A stretch of 48,777 nucleotides of DNA from Candidatus Babeliales bacterium (GTDB lineage Bacteria > Babelota > Babeliae > Babelales > JABCYS01). The DNA lies in assembly GCA_016929235.1 (NCBI GenBank), contig JAFGJD010000007.1, positions 1-48,777 on the forward strand, given 5' to 3'. Position numbers and translations under genes: made by a program. Positions 1 to 8,223 of this stretch are shown here, piece after piece. Within the stretch, counting starts at the first letter, position 1; each line of letters opens with the position of its first letter. Below the pieces are notes generated by a model, which was not told where the DNA came from, searched no databases, and worked only from the letters and a program-made list of their open reading frames with translations.

Positions 1-29
1 ACCCTGGGCATTAGGATACTTGAACTGTT

Positions 30-692
30 TTATTTTCCTAAAGCTACTCCACCAGGAGCAACAATCGTATCAATATGAACCTGGTCAACCTCTACGGATC
101 TCCTAGATCCAGAACGCTCAGAGGCAGCTTTGAGATAGTTAGGTTTATCTCGAAGCTTTTCGATCTTCCCATCATTACCAAATGCGTGAATAGTAATTTT
201 ACTTATATATGCGGCCATATTAATCGATGATATGGTAATTTCAATATCCCACACATTTCCTGGCTTACGGCCTTGCATGTAATTAGAAATAACGACTATA
301 TCATCAAAATTTCCGTCTGGCGTCTTGGTAGTACAACGTACCGCATTGTCAGTCATCATCGCTATTTCAAATGAGTACATATCCGCAGCATTTGAACCTG
401 TTGGGTTAATCTGAATCATCCCAGTTCCTTGCATGCCAGGCTTATTAAGCACAAATGGAACTATTGGTAGGTCAAGGCTTTCAAAATCTACTATTACAGG
501 AGCCTCTGAATCATTCGTTGGACATACAAATGTTTTAGCAGGATAGGAACCAGCTTTTATTTCATAGATAAGAGGCATTTCCGATGTATACGAGCACTTT
601 AGCTCATACACTAATCCCCACTCACCATAATTATAACCATAAGCAGTGTGTATCATTGCACACAGCATGAATGCACTCGTAATTTTCTTCAT
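30..692 (-). CDS. Secreted hypothetical protein, family B (copy B'); paralog of 1496..2239
   Basis: Signal-peptide-like N-terminus MKKITSAFMLCAMIHTAYG; AAGGA SD upstream; colinear similarity to 1496..2239 (GLVYxxxCxY, NFDD, VWDI, AYISxITxH). Confidence 0.85.
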   Translation of the reverse strand: MKKITSAFMLCAMIHTAYGYNYGEWGLVYELKCSYTSEMPLIYEIKAGSYPAKTFVCPTNDSEAPVIVDFESLDLPIVPFVLNKPGMQGTGMIQINPTGSNAADMYSFEIAMMTDNAVRCTTKTPDGNFDDIVVISNYMQGRKPGNVWDIEITISSINMAAYISKITIHAFGNDGKIEKLRDKPNYLKAASERSGSRRSVEVDQVHIDTIVAPGGVALGK

Positions 693-725
693 TCTGATAT
701 CATCCTTATTTCTACTGTATTCACC

Positions 726-1358
726 TCAGTGACAATTATTGCCTTCACAAGTAAATGATCCATAACCCAAGCTTAAGGATCCCTCGGTTGCTGCGACATG
801 CACCTTTAGATCATAGGCCTGTCCTTGTCCTTGTATAGGCCACAGATATATGTACTTGTCCCAGGAACTATTGGATCCACCCCCGCTATCATTTGTCCAA
901 AACTCGTAGTACACGTTAAATATGTTTTCTTTTGCAAAATTATTAGCACATTTACTTCCAAAGCTACATCCCCTAGTTCCCTTATATTTGATATAAATAT
1001 TCCCTCTTCGTGCATGCCGTTGTGCTTCTGGATTACTGATAAAATCATATTCAACAGGCTGTGGAGTGTAATTACGACTATAGTAGTTCTTCTTTCTCAA
1101 CCATGACACCCCCTGATCAGTGTAGAAAAAATCTGCATCAGAAAGATTATGCCCAACTAATTCAGCCACGGTATATTTCGTATTCTTGCTATTACAGGTA
1201 AAGTCTGGATTTGTAGACTGGCCTTGTCTCACTAATTGATTGCCAGATTTATAAATGCGGTTGATAGCATTGTTTGCAAAGCTTGTTACCTTTTTATTAT
1301 ATGGCAGAATTGTTGTGCTACACGCTAATAATACAAGAAGCCGCTTGGGTATTTCCAT
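726..1358 (-). CDS. Secreted hypothetical protein, family A (copy A'); paralog of 2262..2849
   Basis: Start moved to ATG 1358 (MEIPKRLLVLLAC, AGGGGA SD); shares RIY, AELV, F(Y/F)xDxGxSW, NYYSRxY, GN(I/L)xI with 2262..2849. Confidence 0.85.
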   Translation of the reverse strand: MEIPKRLLVLLACSTTILPYNKKVTSFANNAINRIYKSGNQLVRQGQSTNPDFTCNSKNTKYTVAELVGHNLSDADFFYTDQGVSWLRKKNYYSRNYTPQPVEYDFISNPEAQRHARRGNIYIKYKGTRGCSFGSKCANNFAKENIFNVYYEFWTNDSGGGSNSSWDKYIYLWPIQGQGQAYDLKVHVAATEGSLSLGYGSFTCEGNNCH

Positions 1359-1437
1359 ATTACATTCCCCTTTTTTCTTAGTACGGTTTATCTTCGTGCA
1401 ATGGTAAAATAATCTCTTCAAAAAAAGCAAGTATTAT

Positions 1438-1477
1438 GAAAAGAAAAAGCCACACCCAATAATATGAGTGCGGCTTT
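1438..1477 (-). terminator. Rho-independent terminator after gene B, between the two cassettes
   Basis: Minus strand AAAGCCGCACTCA-TATTAT-TGGGTGTGGCTTT (13-bp stem with two G-U pairs) followed by TTCTTTT. Confidence 0.8.
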
Positions 1478-1495
1478 ACAACATCAGCTTTAGAG

Positions 1496-2239
1496 TTATT
1501 TGGAGCTAGGGGGTTTAACTTTGCTCATCGGAATACCCGAAGGGATATTCACACCTAGCCCTCGGGTAGAAACAGCTTTCGTTCCCATCGTAGTTTGCCG
1601 AGCTTGCGTCCCCGCCGTAGAAGGGCTAGCACCGCACACCGTTAAAGAGGTATTATCTGCGGGACCACCTAAATATGCCGGAGGATCGGGCATAGGATAA
1701 TTCTGTTGAGAGACATTATCGTATGAATGTCGAGTAATACCACTGATATAAGCAACTGCATTCGTGTAGATTATTATATCAATATCCCATACTGCACCCT
1801 CAGGATAATCCTTCATACAATCGGCTATATCAATTCTGTGTACAACGTCCTGAGTTGTTCCATCATCGAAGTTTACATTCTTGGTCCAGCACTCAATCAT
1901 TGAATTATCAACCATTTTGATTTCGATAGGATACACCACACCAGAATCTGGCGTCGGTTCAAGTCTGACACCGCCAGTTGCTTTTCGTCCATGTCCCGCC
2001 TCGAAAGGCGCTGCCCAATCCCAAAATTCTTTCTTAGTTCCCTGCTGTAATGTCCGAGAATCAAATACCGGACTATCCGTGCCATCATCGCTTATTGCGC
2101 TCACCCTATAAGCAATCGGTGTCGAAGCAGAGTAGTTACAGGTAACTGAATATACAAGCCCAGATTGTCTCCAATTAATGACACTTCCTAACGCACTAGA
2201 ACTAATCACAGTCAATATAAAAATAATACTCTTTTTCAT
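1496..2239 (-). CDS. Secreted hypothetical protein, family B (copy B)
   Basis: Start moved to ATG 2239 (MKKSIIFILTVISSSALG, GAGGTG SD), which removes the overlap with 2262..2849; paralog of 30..692. Confidence 0.85.
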   Translation of the reverse strand: MKKSIIFILTVISSSALGSVINWRQSGLVYSVTCNYSASTPIAYRVSAISDDGTDSPVFDSRTLQQGTKKEFWDWAAPFEAGHGRKATGGVRLEPTPDSGVVYPIEIKMVDNSMIECWTKNVNFDDGTTQDVVHRIDIADCMKDYPEGAVWDIDIIIYTNAVAYISGITRHSYDNVSQQNYPMPDPPAYLGGPADNTSLTVCGASPSTAGTQARQTTMGTKAVSTRGLGVNIPSGIPMSKVKPPSSK

Positions 2240-2261
2240 ATGCACCTCTAACATGCTTTCA

Positions 2262-2849
2262 CTATTTAGCCCAACCGCTACAGTCACCCCTTGTTTTATC
2301 TCCATAACTGACATCGAAGCTTCCATCATACACTTTGACATGGAAATAAAGATTGTATTCCCCTAGGCCCCAACCAGCTGGTCCTATTGTGAAGTCTTTT
2401 TTGTTTCCACCAGAATCAAAATCAAGTGTTACCGTATAACAATTTGCTGCTACTGCATCATTGATACGAATCCTTAGGTTCCCATGTGTACGTTTACTTC
2501 CAGGATCATTAAGCCAATTAAAATCTTCGCTATCTTTTTTATAGTCCCGTGAGTAATAATTCATATTTTCAATCCACGATTGACCGCTATCGCTAAAGTA
2601 GAATTTTTTATTTTTTCTCTTACGAGCAACCAGCTCAGCAAATTGTTGCCATTCATGATACGCCCAATTTTCACTTGTTGAACCAACAGTGTAATTTGTT
2701 GAGGCATGAGCTCCTGGACCGTATTCATTTCCCTTGTATCTATAAATACGATCAGTAGTTTTATTTTCAAACCATGTCATTATCATGCCATATCTTGCAA
2801 AAGCTGAACCTGTCGCGCACAAAAGCGCTAACATCGCAATCTTCTTCAT
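2262..2849 (-). CDS. Secreted hypothetical protein, family A (copy A)
   Basis: Signal peptide MKKIAMLALLCATGSAFA; AAGGGAG SD; paralog of 726..1358. Confidence 0.85.
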   Translation of the reverse strand: MKKIAMLALLCATGSAFARYGMIMTWFENKTTDRIYRYKGNEYGPGAHASTNYTVGSTSENWAYHEWQQFAELVARKRKNKKFYFSDSGQSWIENMNYYSRDYKKDSEDFNWLNDPGSKRTHGNLRIRINDAVAANCYTVTLDFDSGGNKKDFTIGPAGWGLGEYNLYFHVKVYDGSFDVSYGDKTRGDCSGWAK

Positions 2850-2915
2850 GCATCTCCCTTTAGAAAAGCACTATAAATAAGTTAGAAAAATAATAGTCAT
2901 CGCAATAAGCAAAAA

Positions 2916-4646
2916 TCAAGATTTCTTCATAAACTGATTGCGATACAATGTCTTAAGCTCATCTACCGAAGTTGCATCAATAGCACGTTTATCATCACGA
3001 TAGCCCATGAAGCGTGGGAACCGCAATGCAAATCCAAGGTCACTTCCTGCAGCCCCTGCAGTATGTATGGGAGATTTAGTAATCTCATCAGCTCGCACCA
3101 AGCACACTAGCTCTGGTGATACCCAAACATCCGGAGTTAACGTGACGGGAAAAATAACCGACACCGGAGCCTTAGAAACTTTAAGAGCATCGCATTTTTT
3201 CTTTAAAAGTTTCCAGCCATCATCTTTCAGACCTGTACCTATCTTAGCAACCGTTTCAAACTGATCCTTTTTTTGATTATAGACACCTACAAGGAATGCC
3301 CCTATTCCAAATGATGCACGTTTACCATGCCCAGCATAATATCCCAAGATCACGCAATCGATCGTGTCATCAAGATGTCCCTCTTCTTGCCTCTTCAATT
3401 TAATCCAATTGAAATTCCGCTTTCCGGGTTGATAGGTAGAATCTTCACGCTTAACCACTAAACCTTCCAAGCCAGCTGTTATGGTTTCTGTAAAATATTT
3501 TTCTAATTCATCAGATGTCTGTATATGCCGCTCATCAATAACATGTACTACTAAATCTCCTGCCGGAATTAATGACAAAAGTTTTTTACGACGTTGTTTA
3601 TGCGTTTTATCCAAAAAGCTTTCGCCATCAACGTAGAGGACGTCGAATAGAAATACCTGGAGTGGATACTCAGACATGGCTTCTGCAATCCCATGCTTAC
3701 GTTTGCGTTTGACCGTTTCTTGAAAGGGCAAGAAGCTTCCGGTTTCACGGTCATATACAATTGCTTCGCCCTCACCAATAAACTCTTTAGCCTTAATCTT
3801 CTTACAAGCTGCCATTAAATCAGGAAACATCTCCGACATATCCTGCAGGTTCCTCGAAAAGAATTTTACCTTGCCATTTTTGACGTGAATCTGGATTCTG
3901 AATCCATCAAGTTTTGGCTGCGCTATACATGGCCCTATTTTTTCTATGATTGCTTTTGCGGTCGGTAACCGTTCCGCTGATGCCGGACGAATTGGAATCC
4001 CCACCTCAATGGTGGTCTTTCTAACGCCCTTGATCCCATCATTTTTGAGGCGATATGCAATCAAACCAATATCGGCAGATATGTTATATGCGTGTTCTAG
4101 ATCTGCACGAAGTGATTTGTCTCCTTCTTCCATCCATGAAAGAGCATCAATCAGCGTCATATCAGAAAATCCAAGTCGTAGAGTTCCCAGAATGATACGT
4201 ACGATATAGTTAGCAGATTGTGGTTCCATTGCTCGCAGCAATGTTTCGACAGCCTTGATCTTTTTTTCTTGAGAACCCGTTCCTGAAATCTTTTCAATCT
4301 CAACCAAGTCATCATAGACTGCTTCAAGAGATCTATGCCTTGTTATCGTCCAACTCCATTGCTCAAGTACGGAACCTAAATCACCCAGTCGTTTGCGCTC
4401 GGTGGTAACGTCCTTGATTGGGCAACCCAAAACGCGGGCAACCGCTTGAGCAAGCTGTTTTTCGGCAAGACCAAAATTATTTCCTTTATACGGCGGACGC
4501 AACATGCCAAGCGTCATATTACAGAGAATCTCCGCCTCTCTAGGAGTTGCTTCATGCAATAAATTCGCCAATTGTTTGGTCATTTCCAGACGACTGCTAA
4601 CCTGTTCTATGCGAGAAAATATATGAGCAACTTCTTTAAATTTCAC
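2916..4646 (-). CDS. lig: ATP-dependent DNA ligase (DNA-binding, adenylation and OB domains; archaeal/eukaryotic ligase I-like)
   Basis: KLDGFR adenylation motif, EGLVVK, WIKLK, LRFPRF..RDDK; probable GTG start at 4646 after GGAG. Confidence 0.95.
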   Translation of the reverse strand: MKFKEVAHIFSRIEQVSSRLEMTKQLANLLHEATPREAEILCNMTLGMLRPPYKGNNFGLAEKQLAQAVARVLGCPIKDVTTERKRLGDLGSVLEQWSWTITRHRSLEAVYDDLVEIEKISGTGSQEKKIKAVETLLRAMEPQSANYIVRIILGTLRLGFSDMTLIDALSWMEEGDKSLRADLEHAYNISADIGLIAYRLKNDGIKGVRKTTIEVGIPIRPASAERLPTAKAIIEKIGPCIAQPKLDGFRIQIHVKNGKVKFFSRNLQDMSEMFPDLMAACKKIKAKEFIGEGEAIVYDRETGSFLPFQETVKRKRKHGIAEAMSEYPLQVFLFDVLYVDGESFLDKTHKQRRKKLLSLIPAGDLVVHVIDERHIQTSDELEKYFTETITAGLEGLVVKREDSTYQPGKRNFNWIKLKRQEEGHLDDTIDCVILGYYAGHGKRASFGIGAFLVGVYNQKKDQFETVAKIGTGLKDDGWKLLKKKCDALKVSKAPVSVIFPVTLTPDVWVSPELVCLVRADEITKSPIHTAGAAGSDLGFALRFPRFMGYRDDKRAIDATSVDELKTLYRNQFMKKS

Positions 4647-4744
4647 CGCAACTCCGATCTCATTTTCATGCCATCTGTATAGCAACACTCAACTCTTGCC
4701 ATTTATGTACCATACTCCTCATCATAAAGAAAAAGGAATACGTC

Positions 4745-5737
4745 ATGAATAAAAAACATCTCATTATTGGAAGCTTTATCACATTCGTCCTAATGGTCCT
4801 CACTAGGCTAACAATTTCATACACACAAAACACGGCATCCCCCTTTACTGCCGATACGCCAACTTGGAACGAACATATAATCACAGGAGTCAAAGGGGCC
4901 CAAATATTTGCCAATTCATCATCAAATGAAGTACTCAAGCTTCTGCCATGGATCTCTTTTATCATGTCCCAAAGCGGCATCACTGAAATTGACAATCAGA
5001 CCACTCATCAATTCATTGCATATAAAGGGGAACAATTTGAAGCGATCCCTTTAGAAAAACTGACACTCAAGAAGAAAAAAATAAAATATGAAATAGAACC
5101 CTTTAAGAAAGAAACAGCAAGCGTCCGCGCCATCGTTCTCTCGCACCCTATCAAGTACAGTACCGAATCACCATCATCTATAATTATACCAGCACAAACA
5201 AAATCAACATTCAAGCAAGCGCTGTGGCCGTTACAATATACGAATGATATCCCGCGTATCGTATCAGATGATGATAACCATGAATTCAAGATTATTATCA
5301 TACAATACGAAAATCCTGAAAGTACGTGTAAATGGTACGAAGATAGCAGATGTATAGAAGCGACAATATACAAAAACAATGAACGGTTAGACCATATGGT
5401 GGTATGTCTATGCGAGAAGATATTTGCAAACGCTCTGTGCGGGCTTCGTATCAATAAGAATTACACACTGGAGTTATACAACACTAATGAAAAACGTAGT
5501 TATAACTGGACCACTGATGGTTTGCCAAAACGATATGTTGGTAATCAGACGCACATTGATTTCTCGAAAGAGGAAAATTTACGCAGTGCTGATTTTAGTA
5601 ATGCCGACTTAAGCTATTCCATATTCGATAATCAAGATCTATCCAATGCAAAATTTGATCATGCCTGCATCAAAGGAACAAGCTTTGCAGGCGCCAATCT
5701 TGTCGGTGCAAGTTTTATTGGAGTCACATCAAAATAA
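4745..5737 (+). CDS. Membrane-anchored/secreted protein with C-terminal pentapeptide repeats
   Basis: N-terminal hydrophobic segment; C-terminal NLRSA-DFSNA-DLSYS-IFDNQ-DLSNA-KFDHA-CIKGT-SFAGA-NLVGA-SFIGV. Confidence 0.8.
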   Translation: MNKKHLIIGSFITFVLMVLTRLTISYTQNTASPFTADTPTWNEHIITGVKGAQIFANSSSNEVLKLLPWISFIMSQSGITEIDNQTTHQFIAYKGEQFEAIPLEKLTLKKKKIKYEIEPFKKETASVRAIVLSHPIKYSTESPSSIIIPAQTKSTFKQALWPLQYTNDIPRIVSDDDNHEFKIIIIQYENPESTCKWYEDSRCIEATIYKNNERLDHMVVCLCEKIFANALCGLRINKNYTLELYNTNEKRSYNWTTDGLPKRYVGNQTHIDFSKEENLRSADFSNADLSYSIFDNQDLSNAKFDHACIKGTSFAGANLVGASFIGVTSK

Positions 5738-5741
5738 CAAA

Positions 5742-6365
5742 CTACGCTGTTGGCTCTTGCCATTCATCGTGTAGAAATGCTTCATCCTTCGGAGGCTTAA
5801 TACCAAGATCACGAATGAAATGTCTGTAGTACCTAGATGCTGACCATAACGATAGCGTCAATGCACATATAAGCGCCAACAACTCTAGCTGGTTCCAGCC
5901 AGAGATATACCACAGCATGTGCTTGTTCGGGTTGAGAATTACAATCGTTACGTAAATCATTTGGAAAAACGTTTTGAGCTTACCAATAAAAGATACAGGA
6001 ATCGCAATCCCCTGCTCGCTTGCTACTTGGCGAATACCAGTCACAAATAATTCACGAATTACCATAATCAAGACCCACACAAAGTAGATCTTATTGGCAG
6101 CAAGCAGCGCAATTAATGCAGAATATAACAATACCTTATCGGCAATCGGATCAAGAATTTTACCAATATCACTTTCTGCACCAAGTCGACGAGCAACATA
6201 TCCATCCAGCAGATCAGTCACACTCAGGAGAACAAAAATCAACGCTAAAAGAATATTAATCCAGAAGACATTTAACGGCGCAAGATACACAAACAAAAAG
6301 GGGAGAAGAAAGGGAGAGACCAACATTCTAATGAGGGTAAGGACAGTTGGGATCAGGTCACGCAT
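5742..6365 (-). CDS. pgsA: CDP-diacylglycerol--glycerol-3-phosphate 3-phosphatidyltransferase
   Basis: DLLDGYVAR...GKILDPIADK CDP-alcohol phosphotransferase motif; RELFVTGIR; GKLKT. Confidence 0.92.
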   Translation of the reverse strand: MRDLIPTVLTLIRMLVSPFLLPFLFVYLAPLNVFWINILLALIFVLLSVTDLLDGYVARRLGAESDIGKILDPIADKVLLYSALIALLAANKIYFVWVLIMVIRELFVTGIRQVASEQGIAIPVSFIGKLKTFFQMIYVTIVILNPNKHMLWYISGWNQLELLALICALTLSLWSASRYYRHFIRDLGIKPPKDEAFLHDEWQEPTA

Positions 6366-6384
6366 ACAACGATTCCTAACAATT

Positions 6385-6461
<77 letters not shown>

Positions 6462-6478
6462 ACTGAGTAAAAAGTATA

Positions 6479-8056
6479 CTAAAATTTCAACGTTTGAACA
6501 CCAATACGCTTGACCACAAAGGAAAAGATCGACCTCAAGAAGAACAGCCCAGTAACCAAAGTTGTCAAGATACCAATCATCAATGTGATGGCAAATCCTT
6601 GGACCGGACCCGTTCCAAATTTGAAGAGAACAACTCCCATGATAAACGTCGTAATATTTGCATCCAAAATAACCGCTAATGCCCCAGAGAAACCATGGTC
6701 AACTGCGCGTCCCAATGGAGCACCTACTGCCAACTCTTCCCTAATTCGCTCATAAATCAGAATTGAAGAATCGATCGCCATACCCAACGTTAGTACCAAG
6801 CCAGCAATACCAGGAAGGGTCAACGTGCCTCCAAACCAGGATAGAATCAAGAGAATCAAGAGCAAGTTATAGAGCAAAGTTCCAAAAGCAAATATGCCTG
6901 GCAAGCGATAATAAAACACACTAAAGAGAAATAAAAGCAGTAGCCCAAGCAAGCATGCTAGCGTACCCATTCTGATCGCTTCTGCGCCTAGCGATGGTCC
7001 AACCTGACGCTCTTCACCAAAGCTTACAGGGGCTACATAAGCACCTGATTTGAGTAAATCAGCCAATTCTTTAGCCTGCTCTTGGGTAAAGTTACCAGAA
7101 ATAGAACCGCTGCTTCTGATTGCATCTTGAATCTGTGGCGCCGAGATCATTTCGTTATCAATGATGATCCCTAACCGACGTCCTATATTTTTGCTGGTAA
7201 GATCATGAAAGCGCCGACCGCCTTCAGTTGAAAATTCAAATGCAATTCCCCATCCTTTTACATCAACCACTTTTGGATAGGCATCCCTAAGCAACCGGCC
7301 CGTTACATCAGTGTGCCGCTGGACTAAATAGAATGCTCGTTCGGATTCATAGCCACGCTTTACCTTGCCCGGAACAACCATCATACCATCAGGAATTTCA
7401 CCGTCATATTTATCAAGAAGCGCATCCATGTCATACGCTTCCTCTTCAACTAACTTGAACTCAAGCAACGCTGCCTTCCCAATCATCGCCTTAGCCCGCT
7501 CAGGATCATCTACATTGGGAAGCTCCACAATAATATTCCGATCTCCTTGTGCAGCAACGGTCACTTCACTAACGGCAAACTTATTCATACGGTTTTGTAG
7601 TACCGTAATATTGCTATCGATTGCTGACTTGCGAATACGCGCTTCTTGTCCTTTGCTCAACGTAAATACAATAGAAGCACCATCTTGCTTACCACGAATA
7701 TCAGTTAGTTCATCACGTAAGAATCCGGAAACATCCCGTGCATCAGCATCAGAATCAAATGTCATAATAATTTGTTTATTAGTTACTTTGGATGAGTCTG
7801 GAAGTGGAAGTCGCGCATGTTTTAATTCATTACGAATAGTAGTGATATGTTCATAAAGCATATCCTCAACCGCCTTGTCAGTATCTACTTCGAGGGAAAT
7901 ATAGGTGCCTCCAACAAGATCTATTCCAAATTTAAGAGGTTTTGATTGAGCCCCAGGAATGAAAACAGGGGCAAGATAATACCCCCCGAGTAACGCTGCA
8001 AGAATCCATGCCGAAAATCCCGAAAAAAACAATCGTTTTTGATGTGCATATGCCAT
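6479..8056 (-). CDS. secD: Protein translocase subunit SecD
   Basis: FGIDLVGG, IIVELP, VGPSLG, LTLPGIAGLVLTLGMAID, ILDANITT, GFAITL. Confidence 0.95.
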   Translation of the reverse strand: MAYAHQKRLFFSGFSAWILAALLGGYYLAPVFIPGAQSKPLKFGIDLVGGTYISLEVDTDKAVEDMLYEHITTIRNELKHARLPLPDSSKVTNKQIIMTFDSDADARDVSGFLRDELTDIRGKQDGASIVFTLSKGQEARIRKSAIDSNITVLQNRMNKFAVSEVTVAAQGDRNIIVELPNVDDPERAKAMIGKAALLEFKLVEEEAYDMDALLDKYDGEIPDGMMVVPGKVKRGYESERAFYLVQRHTDVTGRLLRDAYPKVVDVKGWGIAFEFSTEGGRRFHDLTSKNIGRRLGIIIDNEMISAPQIQDAIRSSGSISGNFTQEQAKELADLLKSGAYVAPVSFGEERQVGPSLGAEAIRMGTLACLLGLLLLFLFSVFYYRLPGIFAFGTLLYNLLLILLILSWFGGTLTLPGIAGLVLTLGMAIDSSILIYERIREELAVGAPLGRAVDHGFSGALAVILDANITTFIMGVVLFKFGTGPVQGFAITLMIGILTTLVTGLFFLRSIFSFVVKRIGVQTLKF

Positions 8057-8087
8057 GCAAATCTCCCTTTTATCATTATGACGTTTT

Positions 8088-8174
8088 TGGTACCGAGGAG
8101 GGGACTCGAACCCCTACAGGATTTCTCCCACAGCCCCCTCAAAGCTGCGTGTCTACCAATTCCACCACCTCGGT
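8088..8174 (-). tRNA. tRNA-Leu (GAG)
   Basis: ACCGAGGTGGTGGAATTGGTAGACACG..TTGAGGG..long variable arm..GGTTCGAGTCC..CTCGGTACCA, 87 nt. Confidence 0.95.
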
Positions 8175-8223
8175 GTTGACGAACATACCTATTCGAGCAC
8201 TATAACAGATTTATAATGCCGTT

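Noticed and set aside
2240..2341. Apparent overlap of genes A and B, and similar N-terminal extensions of hup, infA, rplC and the ligase in the ORF track
   Set aside because: Downstream starts with SD sequences and family-typical N-termini fit better
4666..5454. Minus-strand ORFs 4666..4995 and 5008..5454
   Set aside because: Antisense shadows of the pentapeptide-repeat gene
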